Below, piece by piece: positions 32,332 through 40,505 of a stretch of DNA of 50,931 bases. The notes under the pieces are model-generated. The model searched no databases and had not been told where the DNA came from. It worked only from the letters and a program-made list of their open reading frames with translations. The translations under genes and the position numbers were made by a program. Source of the stretch: an uncultured Pygmaiobacter sp. (GTDB taxonomy: Bacteria > Bacillota > Clostridia > Oscillospirales > Ruminococcaceae); NCBI GenBank assembly GCA_944388335.1, contig CALXIJ010000080.1, forward strand, positions 1 to 50,931. Direction: 5' to 3'. Position 1 is the first letter of the stretch. The number at the start of each line of letters is the position of its first letter.

Positions 32332-33626
32332 TGCTGGATATCAAATTTGTACGAGAGAATCCCGATCTGGTCAAGGAAAACATCAAAAAGAAGTTTCAGG
32401 ATCAGAAACTGCCGCTGGTGGATGAGGTCATCGCACTGGATGCGGAGAACCGCAAGACGATCACCGAGGCGGAGTCTCTCCGCGCCGAGCGCAACCGTCT
32501 GTCCAAGACCATCGGCGGCCTGATGGGGCAGGGAAAGAAGGAAGAGGCCGAGCAGGTCAAGGCACAGGTCGCACAGCAGGCCGACCGCCTCAAGGAGCTG
32601 GAGGCGAAGGAGACCGAGCTGGCGGAAAAGATCCGCAGCATCATGCTGACCATCCCCAATATCATTGATCCGAGCGTCCCCATCGGCCCGGATGACAGCT
32701 ACAATGTCGAGGTGCAGAAGTTCGGGGACCCGGTGGTTCCTGATTTTGAGATCCCCTATCACACCGAGATCATGGAGAGTTTTGACGGCATCGATCTGGA
32801 CAGCGCCCGCCGGGTAGCCGGCAACGGTTTTTATTATCTTCTGGGGGACATCGCCCGTCTGCACGAGGCGGTACTGGCCTATGCGCGGGACTTTATGATT
32901 GACAAGAAGGGATTTACCTATGTGCTCCCGCCCTTTATGATGCACGGCGCTGTGGTCGAGGGCGTGATGAGCTTCCCCGAGATGGATGCGATGATGTACA
33001 AGATCGAGGGGGAGGATCTCTATCTGATCGGTACCAGTGAGCACACGATGATCGGCCGGTTTGTCGATCAGATTATCCCCGAGGAGCAGCTGCCGCTGAC
33101 CCTGACCAGCTACAGCCCCTGCTTCCGCAAGGAGAAGGGAAGCCACGGCATCGAGGAGCGGGGCGTCTACCGGATCCATCAGTTTGAAAAGCAGGAGATG
33201 ATTGTCGTCTGCAAGCCGGAGGACAGCATGGCGTGGTACGATAAGCTCTGGAAGAACAGTGTTGAGCTCTTCCGCAGCTTGGATATCCCGGTGCGTCAGC
33301 TCGAGTGCTGCAGCGGCGATCTGGCCGATCTGAAGGTCAAGAGCTGTGACATTGAGGCATGGAGCCCCCGTCAGAAGAAGTACTTTGAGGTTTGCAGCTG
33401 CTCCAATCTGGGAGATGCGCAGGCCCGGCGCCTGCGGATCCGGATCAAGGGCGCAGACGGCAAGAACTATCTGGCCCACACCCTCAACAATACCTGCGTC
33501 GCGCCCCCGCGGATGCTGATTGCACTGCTCGAGAATAACCTGCAGGCGGACGGCAGCGTGCGGATTCCCGAGGTGCTGCGCCCCTATATGGGCGGCAAGG
33601 CGGAGCTGCGCCCGAAAAAGAAATAA
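32331..33626 (+). CDS. serS: Seryl-tRNA synthetase
   Basis: MLDIK, coiled coil, LIGTSEH, FRKE, YRIHQFEKQE, HTLNNT; TAATG overlap with spo0J. Confidence 0.97.
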   Translation: MLDIKFVRENPDLVKENIKKKFQDQKLPLVDEVIALDAENRKTITEAESLRAERNRLSKTIGGLMGQGKKEEAEQVKAQVAQQADRLKELEAKETELAEKIRSIMLTIPNIIDPSVPIGPDDSYNVEVQKFGDPVVPDFEIPYHTEIMESFDGIDLDSARRVAGNGFYYLLGDIARLHEAVLAYARDFMIDKKGFTYVLPPFMMHGAVVEGVMSFPEMDAMMYKIEGEDLYLIGTSEHTMIGRFVDQIIPEEQLPLTLTSYSPCFRKEKGSHGIEERGVYRIHQFEKQEMIVVCKPEDSMAWYDKLWKNSVELFRSLDIPVRQLECCSGDLADLKVKSCDIEAWSPRQKKYFEVCSCSNLGDAQARRLRIRIKGADGKNYLAHTLNNTCVAPPRMLIALLENNLQADGSVRIPEVLRPYMGGKAELRPKKK

Positions 33627-33717
33627 TTTGGGAAATAATGGAATTTAAAAGCTGGATATCGCACAGAGCAAGGGAAAGGGAGAAGTCCCGGCACCTCTGA
33701 GCGATACCTCAGCAAAG

Positions 33718-33756
33718 GACAAAGCCCCGGTGCAGTTTTTGCATCGGGGCTTTGTC
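33718..33756 (+). terminator. Terminator after serS
   Basis: GACAAAGCCCCGGTGCA-gtttt-TGCATCGGGGCTTTGTC. Confidence 0.75.
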
Positions 33757-33971
33757 TATCCTCTTTTGAGAAAAGGCTGACGGCTTATCAACAAGGACTG
33801 CCTGCCAATGTGGAAAACTTCGCCGAAATGGAGAAATGGAGGGCGCAGCGGGAGAGAGAAAAAATAGAGGGGGGGGATGCCGGCAGTGAGAGATGAGGGA
33901 TGCGTCTGCGCAAAGGAAGGCTTACTCCTGCGGGCCGGCGCAGAAAGGCGTTCCGATATTGAACTTTTGGA

Positions 33972-34009
33972 TAAAAAAATCACCGCGAGAATTTATTCTC
34001 GCGGTGATT
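33972..34009 (-). terminator. Terminator of tRNA-Arg
   Basis: AATCACCGCGAGAAT-tt-ATTCTCGCGGTGATT abutting the CCA end, with a T-run on the minus strand. Confidence 0.85.
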
Positions 34010-34085
34010 GGTGCGCCCGACAGGATTCGAACCTGCGGCCTTCCGGGTCGGAGCCGAACGCTCTATCCAACTGAGCTACGGACGC
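34009..34085 (-). tRNA. tRNA-Arg (anticodon CCG)
   Basis: GCGTCCGTAGCTCAGTTGGATAGAGCG TTCGG CT-CCG-AC CCGGA AGGCC GCAGGTTCGAATCCTGT CGGGCGC ACCA; 77 nt with encoded CCA. Confidence 0.97.
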
Positions 34086-34225
34086 ATAAAAGAAGTGCAT
34101 ATATTATCTTACCATAAATTTTAGATTTTGCAAGTGTTTCCCCCATTTTTGTTCTTCTTTTCACCTTGCTGCGGTCGTTTTGTTGAGACTTTTGATTTTC
34201 CGGGTCAAAAGCTGTAATCTTTTGA

Positions 34226-34254
34226 TTGCAATTCTTTAAAAGGTAAGCTATAAT
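34226..34254 (+). promoter_or_regulatory. SigA promoter of the trkA pair
   Basis: TTGCAA-N17-TATAAT. Confidence 0.75.
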
Positions 34255-34334
34255 AGTTGCGCTATCTGTCCTTTTGGATGATTATCCCGCAGACAGAATC
34301 AGATGCGGGGCTTATTGCAATGAGGTGAATTCAG

Positions 34335-34757
34335 TTGAACATTCTGATCGTGGGATGCGGTAAGGTCGGCTCCTATCTTGCGCGTGTTTTGGAAAAGCTG
34401 GGGCATGACGTTTCACTGGTGGACCGGAGTTCTTCGGCGTTGAATCCCGCTGACAATATCCGGCTGGAGGGCTTTTCCGGGCTCTGCGTCTGCGGCGAGC
34501 CGATCGATGTCGACGTGCTGCGCTCGGCCGGGATCGAGAGCTGTGACGCCGTGGTCGCCGCCACCCCGGACGACAATACCAACATCATGGTCGCCGAGAT
34601 CGCAACCAAGTTCTTTGGCATCAAAAATGTCACCGCTCGGATCTATGATCCTGCCCGGCAGGAGGCCTTTTCCGACCGCACCGATATCCACACCATCTGC
34701 CCGACCATCCTGACGGTGGACAAGCTGCTGGATACCATGCTGAAAGAGGAGGTGTGA
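34335..34757 (+). CDS. TrkA/KtrA-family protein, RCK N-terminal domain only
   Basis: ILIVGCGKVG, AGIESCDAVVAATPDDNTN, TARI; TTG start with GAGGTG RBS. Confidence 0.88.
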   Translation: MNILIVGCGKVGSYLARVLEKLGHDVSLVDRSSSALNPADNIRLEGFSGLCVCGEPIDVDVLRSAGIESCDAVVAATPDDNTNIMVAEIATKFFGIKNVTARIYDPARQEAFSDRTDIHTICPTILTVDKLLDTMLKEEV

Positions 34758-34760
34758 CCG

Positions 34761-35429
34761 ATGCGTGTTTGCATTATCGGCGGGGGAAAGGTTGGGTATT
34801 ACCTCTCTAAAACCCTGATGGAGCACGGGCATGACCCGATTATCATCGAGATCAATGAGCATGCCTGCAGCCGGCTGGCCGACAATCTGGATCTGCCGGT
34901 CATTCACGGTGACGGGACACTGGTGGAGATTCTGGAACTGGCCCGCGCGGGCGGGTGCGGCGCGCTGGTGGGAGTCACCGGCCGGGATGAGACCAATTTG
35001 ATTGCCTGCCAGCTGGCCAAAAAAGTCTTTGGTATCAAAAAGACGGTCGCCAGAGTCAACAATCCGAAAAACTCCGAGGTGCTCAAGATGCTCGGTGTCG
35101 ACATCACGGTCAGCAGCACCGACAGCATTGCCCGGCTGATCGAGCGGGAGGTCGAGACCGACGCGATCCACCACCTGATGAGCATCGCCGGCGGGGATGC
35201 CTCCCTTACCGAGGTCTTTCTGCCGGATGATTTCAAGTACGCCGGCCGCAGCCTTGCAGAGCTTGAGATCCCACATGACGTGGTCATTGTCTTTTTGACA
35301 CGCGGGCAGGAGCTGATCATCCCCCGCGGCAACACGGTGCTGCTGGGTGGAGACAAGGTCGTCTGTGTCGCGAAGAACACCGCATTTCACGACCTTGCCA
35401 AGCGGTGGAACCTGACCGAGAACAACTGA
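34761..35429 (+). CDS. TrkA/KtrA-family regulatory protein (RCK_N + RCK_C)
   Basis: IIGGGKVG, IHGDGT, TGRDETN, C-terminal RGQELIIPRGNTVLLGGD. Confidence 0.9.
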   Translation: MRVCIIGGGKVGYYLSKTLMEHGHDPIIIEINEHACSRLADNLDLPVIHGDGTLVEILELARAGGCGALVGVTGRDETNLIACQLAKKVFGIKKTVARVNNPKNSEVLKMLGVDITVSSTDSIARLIEREVETDAIHHLMSIAGGDASLTEVFLPDDFKYAGRSLAELEIPHDVVIVFLTRGQELIIPRGNTVLLGGDKVVCVAKNTAFHDLAKRWNLTENN

Positions 35430-35438
35430 AGACGAATC

Positions 35439-35473
35439 AAACGGACCGCGGCTGCCCGGTCCGTTTTTCTTTT
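35439..35473 (+). terminator. Terminator after the trkA pair
   Basis: AAACGGACCG...CGGTCCGTTT followed by a T-rich tail. Confidence 0.8.
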
Positions 35474-35653
35474 AAAGGATCCCCTGTGTGGGATTCTTTC
35501 CTTTGAGCAGCATATTTTGTATAATAAAAGTTAAGGATACCCTCATGGGGGCAGAGCGCAGCAGTGCGGTCTTTTTCGATGGGGGAAAGTTTAGGCGGCG
35601 ATTTTTGGATGGGAATTGTCTTATGAAAGGATGCCGCTGATTCGGAGGTCTGC

Positions 35654-37063
35654 ATGAAGATCGGCAAACAATTTTTGACGGCGCTGCTGGTTTTCCTCGC
35701 ACTGGGGTGTTTTGTCCTGTTTCTCTCCTTTTTTCTGCCCTCAAGGACATCCTCTTCACAGGAGGACGCCGTTACCTTGTCCGATCGGGCACAAAACGCT
35801 TTTTCTTCGGTTGAGATCGAAAATGCCAGTGGGAGTTATACCATTACCTATGACGACGACGGATATCACTGTGACCAGCTCAAGGGGCTGCCGCTTTCGG
35901 CTGCCGCCTTCGATGAGCTGGCAAAGGAGTGTACCAGCCTGACTGCGTGGGGACCGCTGGAACAGCCACGGAATTCGGACGGCGGCGTGCCGGATTACGG
36001 GTTCAGCTTTCCGGTTGCGCGGGCGGAAGCGGTATATTCCGATGGCGGAGGAATTTTGATTGAGATCGGCGCACAGGTCACCGGGGCCAATCAATATTAT
36101 ATCCGGGTCAATGGCTCCTCTTCCGTTTATCGGATCGACCGCGGCTCAATTCGCTACCTGTTGTCGGATCCGAGCGTCTATCTGGATCTCTCGCTTGCAC
36201 CCTCCACAGCGGACGGCGGAAGTTCACCCAGCAAAATCCGTCTGACACAGGGGCAGACTGTTTTGGAACTCGAGCGGATGCGCACAGCGCAGACCGACGG
36301 CGCGGGGTTCTCTTATAACTATCAACTGGTTGGAAAGCATCCCTACTATGTGGATCCGGATGCTTTTGAAACCTATTTCGGCGGGTTGAAAAGCCTCAAG
36401 GCGGAAGACGTCGTCACCCTCTATCCCACCGATGTCGAACTAAAAGAGTATGGAATTTCTGCCGATGCCCCCAAAAGCACCCTCTCCTTTACCGTGCTCG
36501 GGGAGACAGTTACCCTGAGAATCGGTAATTTTTCAGGCGATTTCTACTATGTGTATCGAGAGGGGATTCCTGCGGTCTATCGGCTTTCCGCCCTCTCGGT
36601 GACCTGGGATGGGGCGGATGAATACGCGCTGATGAGCAGATATCTGATGGCGCCGGATCCCGATACGCTGCACTCGATCCAGATCGAGGGGGAGGGAGTG
36701 AGCGGGCAGTTTATCAGAACCGAAACAGGCTGGCTCTGGAAGGATGCCCCGCTCTCGGAGGAGACCTTCGACAGCTTTTACCGGCTGCTCTGCTCTCTGC
36801 GGGCGGAATACCAGATCGAAGATCCGGTGCAGAATATCCTGCCGGAGATGACCGTCACCTTTGTCTACAATGAGAATACGCAGCAGGAGGGAACCTCCGG
36901 TCCGCGCACCGATATAATTCGATTTATCCCTTACGGGATCAAACGCCATGCGATCGAGATCAATGGGGAAGCATGCTATGCGGTGCGCAGTACCTACGTC
37001 TCGACCGTTTTGTCGGCGCTGAGCAATCTGCAGGATGGGCAGGTGCTGGATTCCTCCTGGTAA
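35654..37063 (+). CDS. Membrane-anchored extracytoplasmic protein, probable DUF4340 family
   Basis: One N-terminal TM; internally repeated beta-rich units (DYGF...YYIRVNGSSSVYRI and EYGI...YYVYREGIPAVYRL) typical of DUF4340. Confidence 0.7.
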   Translation: MKIGKQFLTALLVFLALGCFVLFLSFFLPSRTSSSQEDAVTLSDRAQNAFSSVEIENASGSYTITYDDDGYHCDQLKGLPLSAAAFDELAKECTSLTAWGPLEQPRNSDGGVPDYGFSFPVARAEAVYSDGGGILIEIGAQVTGANQYYIRVNGSSSVYRIDRGSIRYLLSDPSVYLDLSLAPSTADGGSSPSKIRLTQGQTVLELERMRTAQTDGAGFSYNYQLVGKHPYYVDPDAFETYFGGLKSLKAEDVVTLYPTDVELKEYGISADAPKSTLSFTVLGETVTLRIGNFSGDFYYVYREGIPAVYRLSALSVTWDGADEYALMSRYLMAPDPDTLHSIQIEGEGVSGQFIRTETGWLWKDAPLSEETFDSFYRLLCSLRAEYQIEDPVQNILPEMTVTFVYNENTQQEGTSGPRTDIIRFIPYGIKRHAIEINGEACYAVRSTYVSTVLSALSNLQDGQVLDSSW

Positions 37064-37088
37064 TTTCACACGGAATGGGGCGTTTTGC

Positions 37089-37508
37089 TTGAACTTCACC
37101 GTCTCAAAGAAGGGGGCGCTGCTGGTTGGCTGCTGGCTGACCGGCTTTGCGGCAGTCGCGGGCTTTTTGTTCTGGCTGCTGTTCGGACTTCTTTGGGGCA
37201 TGGGCGTCTTCTTGCTGCTGACGGCCCTCTCCTTCTGCTTTGGCGAGCTGCACCGGCGCGGGTACCGAGTGCGAATCACCGAGCGAGAGCTCTCAATTGA
37301 GCGGGGCTTTTTCTACCGGATTCTGCAGCGGATTCCCCGCCGCTGTATCACCGGGGTGAGCTGCTTTTCCTCTCCGCTGGGCCGTCGGCTCGGCGTGTGT
37401 GCTGTGGTCATTCATTCCACCGGCCTGTCCACCCCGATCATCGGGCTCACGATTGCAGACAGCGAGCGGCTGCGCGGTGCGCTGTCTCTGGAGGGGTCAT
37501 CAGAATGA
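37089..37508 (+). CDS. Bacterial PH-domain membrane protein (YdbS-like)
   Basis: 2 TMs, then YRVRITERELSIERGFF...IPRRCITGV...SPLGRRLG (bPH_2 pattern); TTG start inferred. Confidence 0.75.
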   Translation: MNFTVSKKGALLVGCWLTGFAAVAGFLFWLLFGLLWGMGVFLLLTALSFCFGELHRRGYRVRITERELSIERGFFYRILQRIPRRCITGVSCFSSPLGRRLGVCAVVIHSTGLSTPIIGLTIADSERLRGALSLEGSSE

Positions 37509-38881
37509 AGCAGATACGTCTCCACCCGGCTCATTTCATTAAGTATATTAAATATGCTTTATTACTCTGCGTTATACCGATCATCCGCGCCGTACTTGCC
37601 TTTGACATTCTGGCAGCATGGCTGGCATTTACGCAGGATCTGTTGATTTTGCTCAGCTGCGGGGGAATTTTGGCCGCATTTTGGCAGAGTTCCGCCGCCT
37701 TTTTAGAGGAGCAAGCGATATGGGTGCGCTGGGGGGTGCTTTTCCGGCGGCTCTCCAGCTATCCGGTCAAACAGGTCTCGGCGGTAGAGATCTACCGCCC
37801 GCTGCAGCTGCGGCTTGTCGGCGCGAGCAGGCTGACTGTCTATTTTAAGGCGGGCAGCGGGCTGCGGCGGCTCGGGCTGACCCTGCCGCGGAGAGAGGCG
37901 GCCCAGATGGCGGAGCAGTTGATTCCAACGCCCAGAACGCCGGAAGGATTTGAGCCGATCGGGACCGAGCGGCTGGTTTTTGTTCTGCTGTCGGCCAATA
38001 CGATCGCAACGGCATTTGTTGTAGTTCTGGCGGTCCGCCGGACGATCCAGCTCTTTGGAACCGGGCTGCGGGATCTGGCGGTGGGGGGCTTGCTGCGGCT
38101 GGAACACCTTCTGGCGGCTTTTCTCCCGGCGGGGCTCTCGCTGCTGTTCGCGCTGCTGCTCGTCTTTTTGGGCATTTCACTGCTGGACAGCCTGCTGCGG
38201 ACCTTTCGGTTCACGGCTTGCCGCGCGGACGGGGTGCTGCTGTGCAGGGGTGGGCTGATCAACCGGACCGAGCGGCGGATTTTGGTAAATGCGGTGAGCA
38301 CCTGCACGGTCAAGATCTCTCCCGCCGCGCGGCTGCTGCGGTATTATCCGATCTATCTGAGCGCCGGCTGCTTTCGCGGGGAAGACCTGCCGGTGCTGGT
38401 TTCGGGCCGCAGGGAGAGGGAGGCGCTGCGCCGACTGGTACCGGAATTTTTCCCGCCATCAGGTCCGCTGTGCAATCCCCGGCGCAAGAGCCTGCCGCAG
38501 TATCTCTGGAAGCCGGGAGGGGCCTTGTTGCTGCTGCTGGCGATGTGGGCGGTTTCGATGCGGGAGCTGCCGGAGGTATCTCTCTTTCTCGGCGTGGGAA
38601 TAGCGCTGATGGTGGGCTGCCTGCTCTGTCAGATCGAGGCGATCTTTACCGAGGGATTTTGCAGGAATGGAAACCGATCGCTGACCCTGAGCTATTCCCG
38701 GCGCTTTACCCGGTATCTGGTGACAGTCTGCACCGACGATGTTTCTTATTCCATCACCCGGCTGCCGACTGCGGCCGCTGCGGGGCGCTGTGACCTGCGG
38801 GTACACACCCCGTCACACCACACCTATCATCTGCGGGGGGTGGAATTTTTCCGCGCGCAGAAATTGGGTTTTAATCTTTGA
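37505..38881 (+). CDS. Multi-PH-domain membrane protein (YdbT-like)
   Basis: ATGA overlap with the previous gene; alternating TM pairs and PH-like segments (WVRWGVL..., LLCRGGLINRTERRI). Confidence 0.7.
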   Translation: MKQIRLHPAHFIKYIKYALLLCVIPIIRAVLAFDILAAWLAFTQDLLILLSCGGILAAFWQSSAAFLEEQAIWVRWGVLFRRLSSYPVKQVSAVEIYRPLQLRLVGASRLTVYFKAGSGLRRLGLTLPRREAAQMAEQLIPTPRTPEGFEPIGTERLVFVLLSANTIATAFVVVLAVRRTIQLFGTGLRDLAVGGLLRLEHLLAAFLPAGLSLLFALLLVFLGISLLDSLLRTFRFTACRADGVLLCRGGLINRTERRILVNAVSTCTVKISPAARLLRYYPIYLSAGCFRGEDLPVLVSGRREREALRRLVPEFFPPSGPLCNPRRKSLPQYLWKPGGALLLLLAMWAVSMRELPEVSLFLGVGIALMVGCLLCQIEAIFTEGFCRNGNRSLTLSYSRRFTRYLVTVCTDDVSYSITRLPTAAAAGRCDLRVHTPSHHTYHLRGVEFFRAQKLGFNL

Positions 38882-38929
38882 GTGAGCGCTGCAGACGGCA
38901 GCTCATGATCTTATGGGAGGTAATAGATA

Positions 38930-39763
38930 ATGATAAAGGCAGTGGTTTTTGACCTGGACGGCACGCTGCTGAACACGATTCAGGATCTTGCAAATGCGTC
39001 AAACTACGCGCTGGAACAGCTGGGGGACCCGACCTTCACCACTGAGGAGTACAAGCATCTGGTCGGGGATGGACGGCGCAACCTGATCCTGCGGATGCTG
39101 CCGGAGGGGCAGCGGGAGGATGAGACGATGGTGGCGCGGGCGACCGAGCTCTTCGACACCTATTACCAAAAACATATGCGGGATTGCACTGCGCCCTATC
39201 CCGGAATTCCGGCGCTGCTGCGGGGACTCAAGAAAAATGGGCTGCGGCTGGGCGTGGTTTCAAACAAGCCGCACGAGTTTGTCACCCAGATTGTGGAGGA
39301 GTATTTTCCGGGAATCTTCGACTCGGTGGCGGGGCAGCAGGGAACACTGGTCAAGCCGGACCCTGCCGCGCTCAACCGGGTGATTGCGGATTTCGGACTG
39401 CACCCGGACGAGGTGCTGTATGTCGGAGACAGCAACGTCGACATCTATACCGCCAAAAATGCAAAGACCGCCAGCTGCGGTGTTCTGTGGGGATTCCGCG
39501 GCGAGGAGGAGCTCGAGGAGGCGGGTGCAGAGCATCTTGCGGCGGCAGAGGAGGACATCCTCTCGCTGGTACTTAGCCTCAACCGGGCGGAAGGGCTGCG
39601 GCGCGGGTTGGCGCTGTTCTCGGTGATCCTGATGCTCGTCGGATTGGCGGGACTGATCTACTTTCTGACCATCGGAAACGCCGCCGGGGTGGCGGCCTGT
39701 GTGGTCCTGCCGCTGCTGGCCGGCTTTGCGGCGATGCGGATGACCCGCAGGGAAGAGAGGTAA
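38930..39763 (+). CDS. HAD-superfamily hydrolase (phosphoglycolate phosphatase-like) with two C-terminal TM helices
   Basis: Motifs FDLDGTL, VSNK, KPDP, YVGDSNVD, GVLWG; hydrophobic tail in the last ~50 aa. Confidence 0.88.
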   Translation: MIKAVVFDLDGTLLNTIQDLANASNYALEQLGDPTFTTEEYKHLVGDGRRNLILRMLPEGQREDETMVARATELFDTYYQKHMRDCTAPYPGIPALLRGLKKNGLRLGVVSNKPHEFVTQIVEEYFPGIFDSVAGQQGTLVKPDPAALNRVIADFGLHPDEVLYVGDSNVDIYTAKNAKTASCGVLWGFRGEEELEEAGAEHLAAAEEDILSLVLSLNRAEGLRRGLALFSVILMLVGLAGLIYFLTIGNAAGVAACVVLPLLAGFAAMRMTRREER

Positions 39764-39809
39764 AGGAAAAACAGGCTTTCCACGGCAACGGATCAGAAAG
39801 AGAAAACAA

Positions 39810-39846
39810 AAGAGGAGCGCAGGGTCTTTCCGCCCGCGCTCCTCTT
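39810..39846 (+). terminator. Hairpin after the HAD gene
   Basis: AAGAGGAGCGC...GCGCTCCTCTT. Confidence 0.65.
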
Positions 39847-39868
39847 CTCATTACAAAAAACAAAAGAA

Positions 39869-39907
39869 AAAACAAATCCGAACCAGAGACTGGTTCGGAT
39901 TTGTTTT
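39869..39907 (-). terminator. 18-bp inverted repeat/terminator of the tRNA-Met-Glu unit
   Basis: AAAACAAATCCGAACCAG-aga-CTGGTTCGGATTTGTTTT immediately 3' of tRNA-Glu. Confidence 0.85.
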
Positions 39908-39910
39908 GTT

Positions 39911-39985
39911 TGGTGACCCGACCGGGAATCGAACCCGGGATACCACCGTGAAAGGGTGGTGTCTTGACCTCTTGACCATCGGGCC
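39911..39985 (-). tRNA. tRNA-Glu (anticodon TTC)
   Basis: GGCCCGATGGTCAAGAGGTCAAGACA CCACC CT-TTC-AC GGTGG TATCCCGGGTTCGATTCCCGG TCGGGTC ACCA; 75 nt. Confidence 0.97.
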
Positions 39986-40067
39986 GTGCAAAGCTTAGGT
40001 AAAATCGTAAAGCCTCACACCACCCGCTGCTGCAAGCGGTACCCTACTGGTTTACCTAAACTTTGTT

Positions 40068-40144
40068 TGGTAGCGGTAACTGGATTCGAACCGGTGACAC
40101 TTCGGGTATGAACCGAATGCTCTAGCCAACTGAGCTATACCGCC
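40068..40144 (-). tRNA. tRNA-Met (CAT), elongator type
   Basis: GGCGGTATAGCTCAGTTGGCTAGAGCA TTCGG TT-CAT-AC CCGAA ...GGTTCGAATCC...CCGCTACCA; position 1-72 can pair and there is no GGG/CCC anticodon stem, so it is not the initiator. Confidence 0.93.
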
Positions 40145-40180
40145 AAATTTGGCAAGCCATTTTTAAATGGTGCATTTGAT

Positions 40181-40209
40181 ATTATATCGGCTTTTTAGAG
40201 GATTGTCAA
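40181..40209 (-). promoter_or_regulatory. Consensus SigA promoter for the tRNA pair
   Basis: TTGACA-N17-TATAAT on the minus strand. Confidence 0.9.
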
Positions 40210-40505
40210 CCTTTTTTGGGGGAATTGTGCCGTTTTTCTCCGCTTTTCTCCCAAAAGAAGAAAAGGATGCGGATCGAATTGTTGTTACCCTGATTTATCG
40301 ACGCGGACAGCAGCCGGAAAAGAGAGAGAAGCCGCCGCTTTTTTGCACAAAAGAAGCGGTAACATGATGATTCCCAGAAAAAAACAGGATATTCCGCAAG
40401 ATGGTCCTGACAACCGGGGCGCCGGCGCTCGTCCTCCCCGGCCGAGGCTGCAAGGCGCTGCCGGATCCGGCGATGAAGGCGATCGTTCCAATATTTTTCC
40501 CGCAT
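40206..40505 (-). CDS. Possible small hypothetical protein (99 aa)
   Basis: GGGAGG RBS 7 nt before ATG 40505; upstream TTTACC-N17-TACAAT; no recognisable domain. Confidence 0.35.
   Translation of the reverse strand: MREKYWNDRLHRRIRQRLAASAGEDERRRPGCQDHLAEYPVFFWESSCYRFFCAKKRRLLSLFRLLSASINQGNNNSIRILFFFWEKSGEKRHNSPKKG

Noticed and set aside
33661-33720. Glycine-riboswitch-like fragments (GGAGA...GCACC...CTCAGCAAAGGAC) after serS
   Set aside because: Lacks the conserved CCGAAG and CTCTCAGG cores, and no credible same-strand gene follows.
33868-34074. Poly-G tract followed by a 65-aa ORF (possible phase-variable gene)
   Set aside because: The ORF runs through the tRNA terminator and antisense to tRNA-Arg; likely spurious.
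34255-34334. c-di-AMP (ydaO) riboswitch upstream of the trkA pair
   Set aside because: The leader is only about 75 nt and lacks the conserved ydaO motifs.
40068-40144. Initiator tRNA-fMet or tRNA-Ile2 identity for the CAT tRNA
   Set aside because: No C1-A72 mismatch or triple G-C anticodon stem; the sequence resembles Firmicute elongator tRNA-Met (Ile2 not formally excluded without a covariance model).
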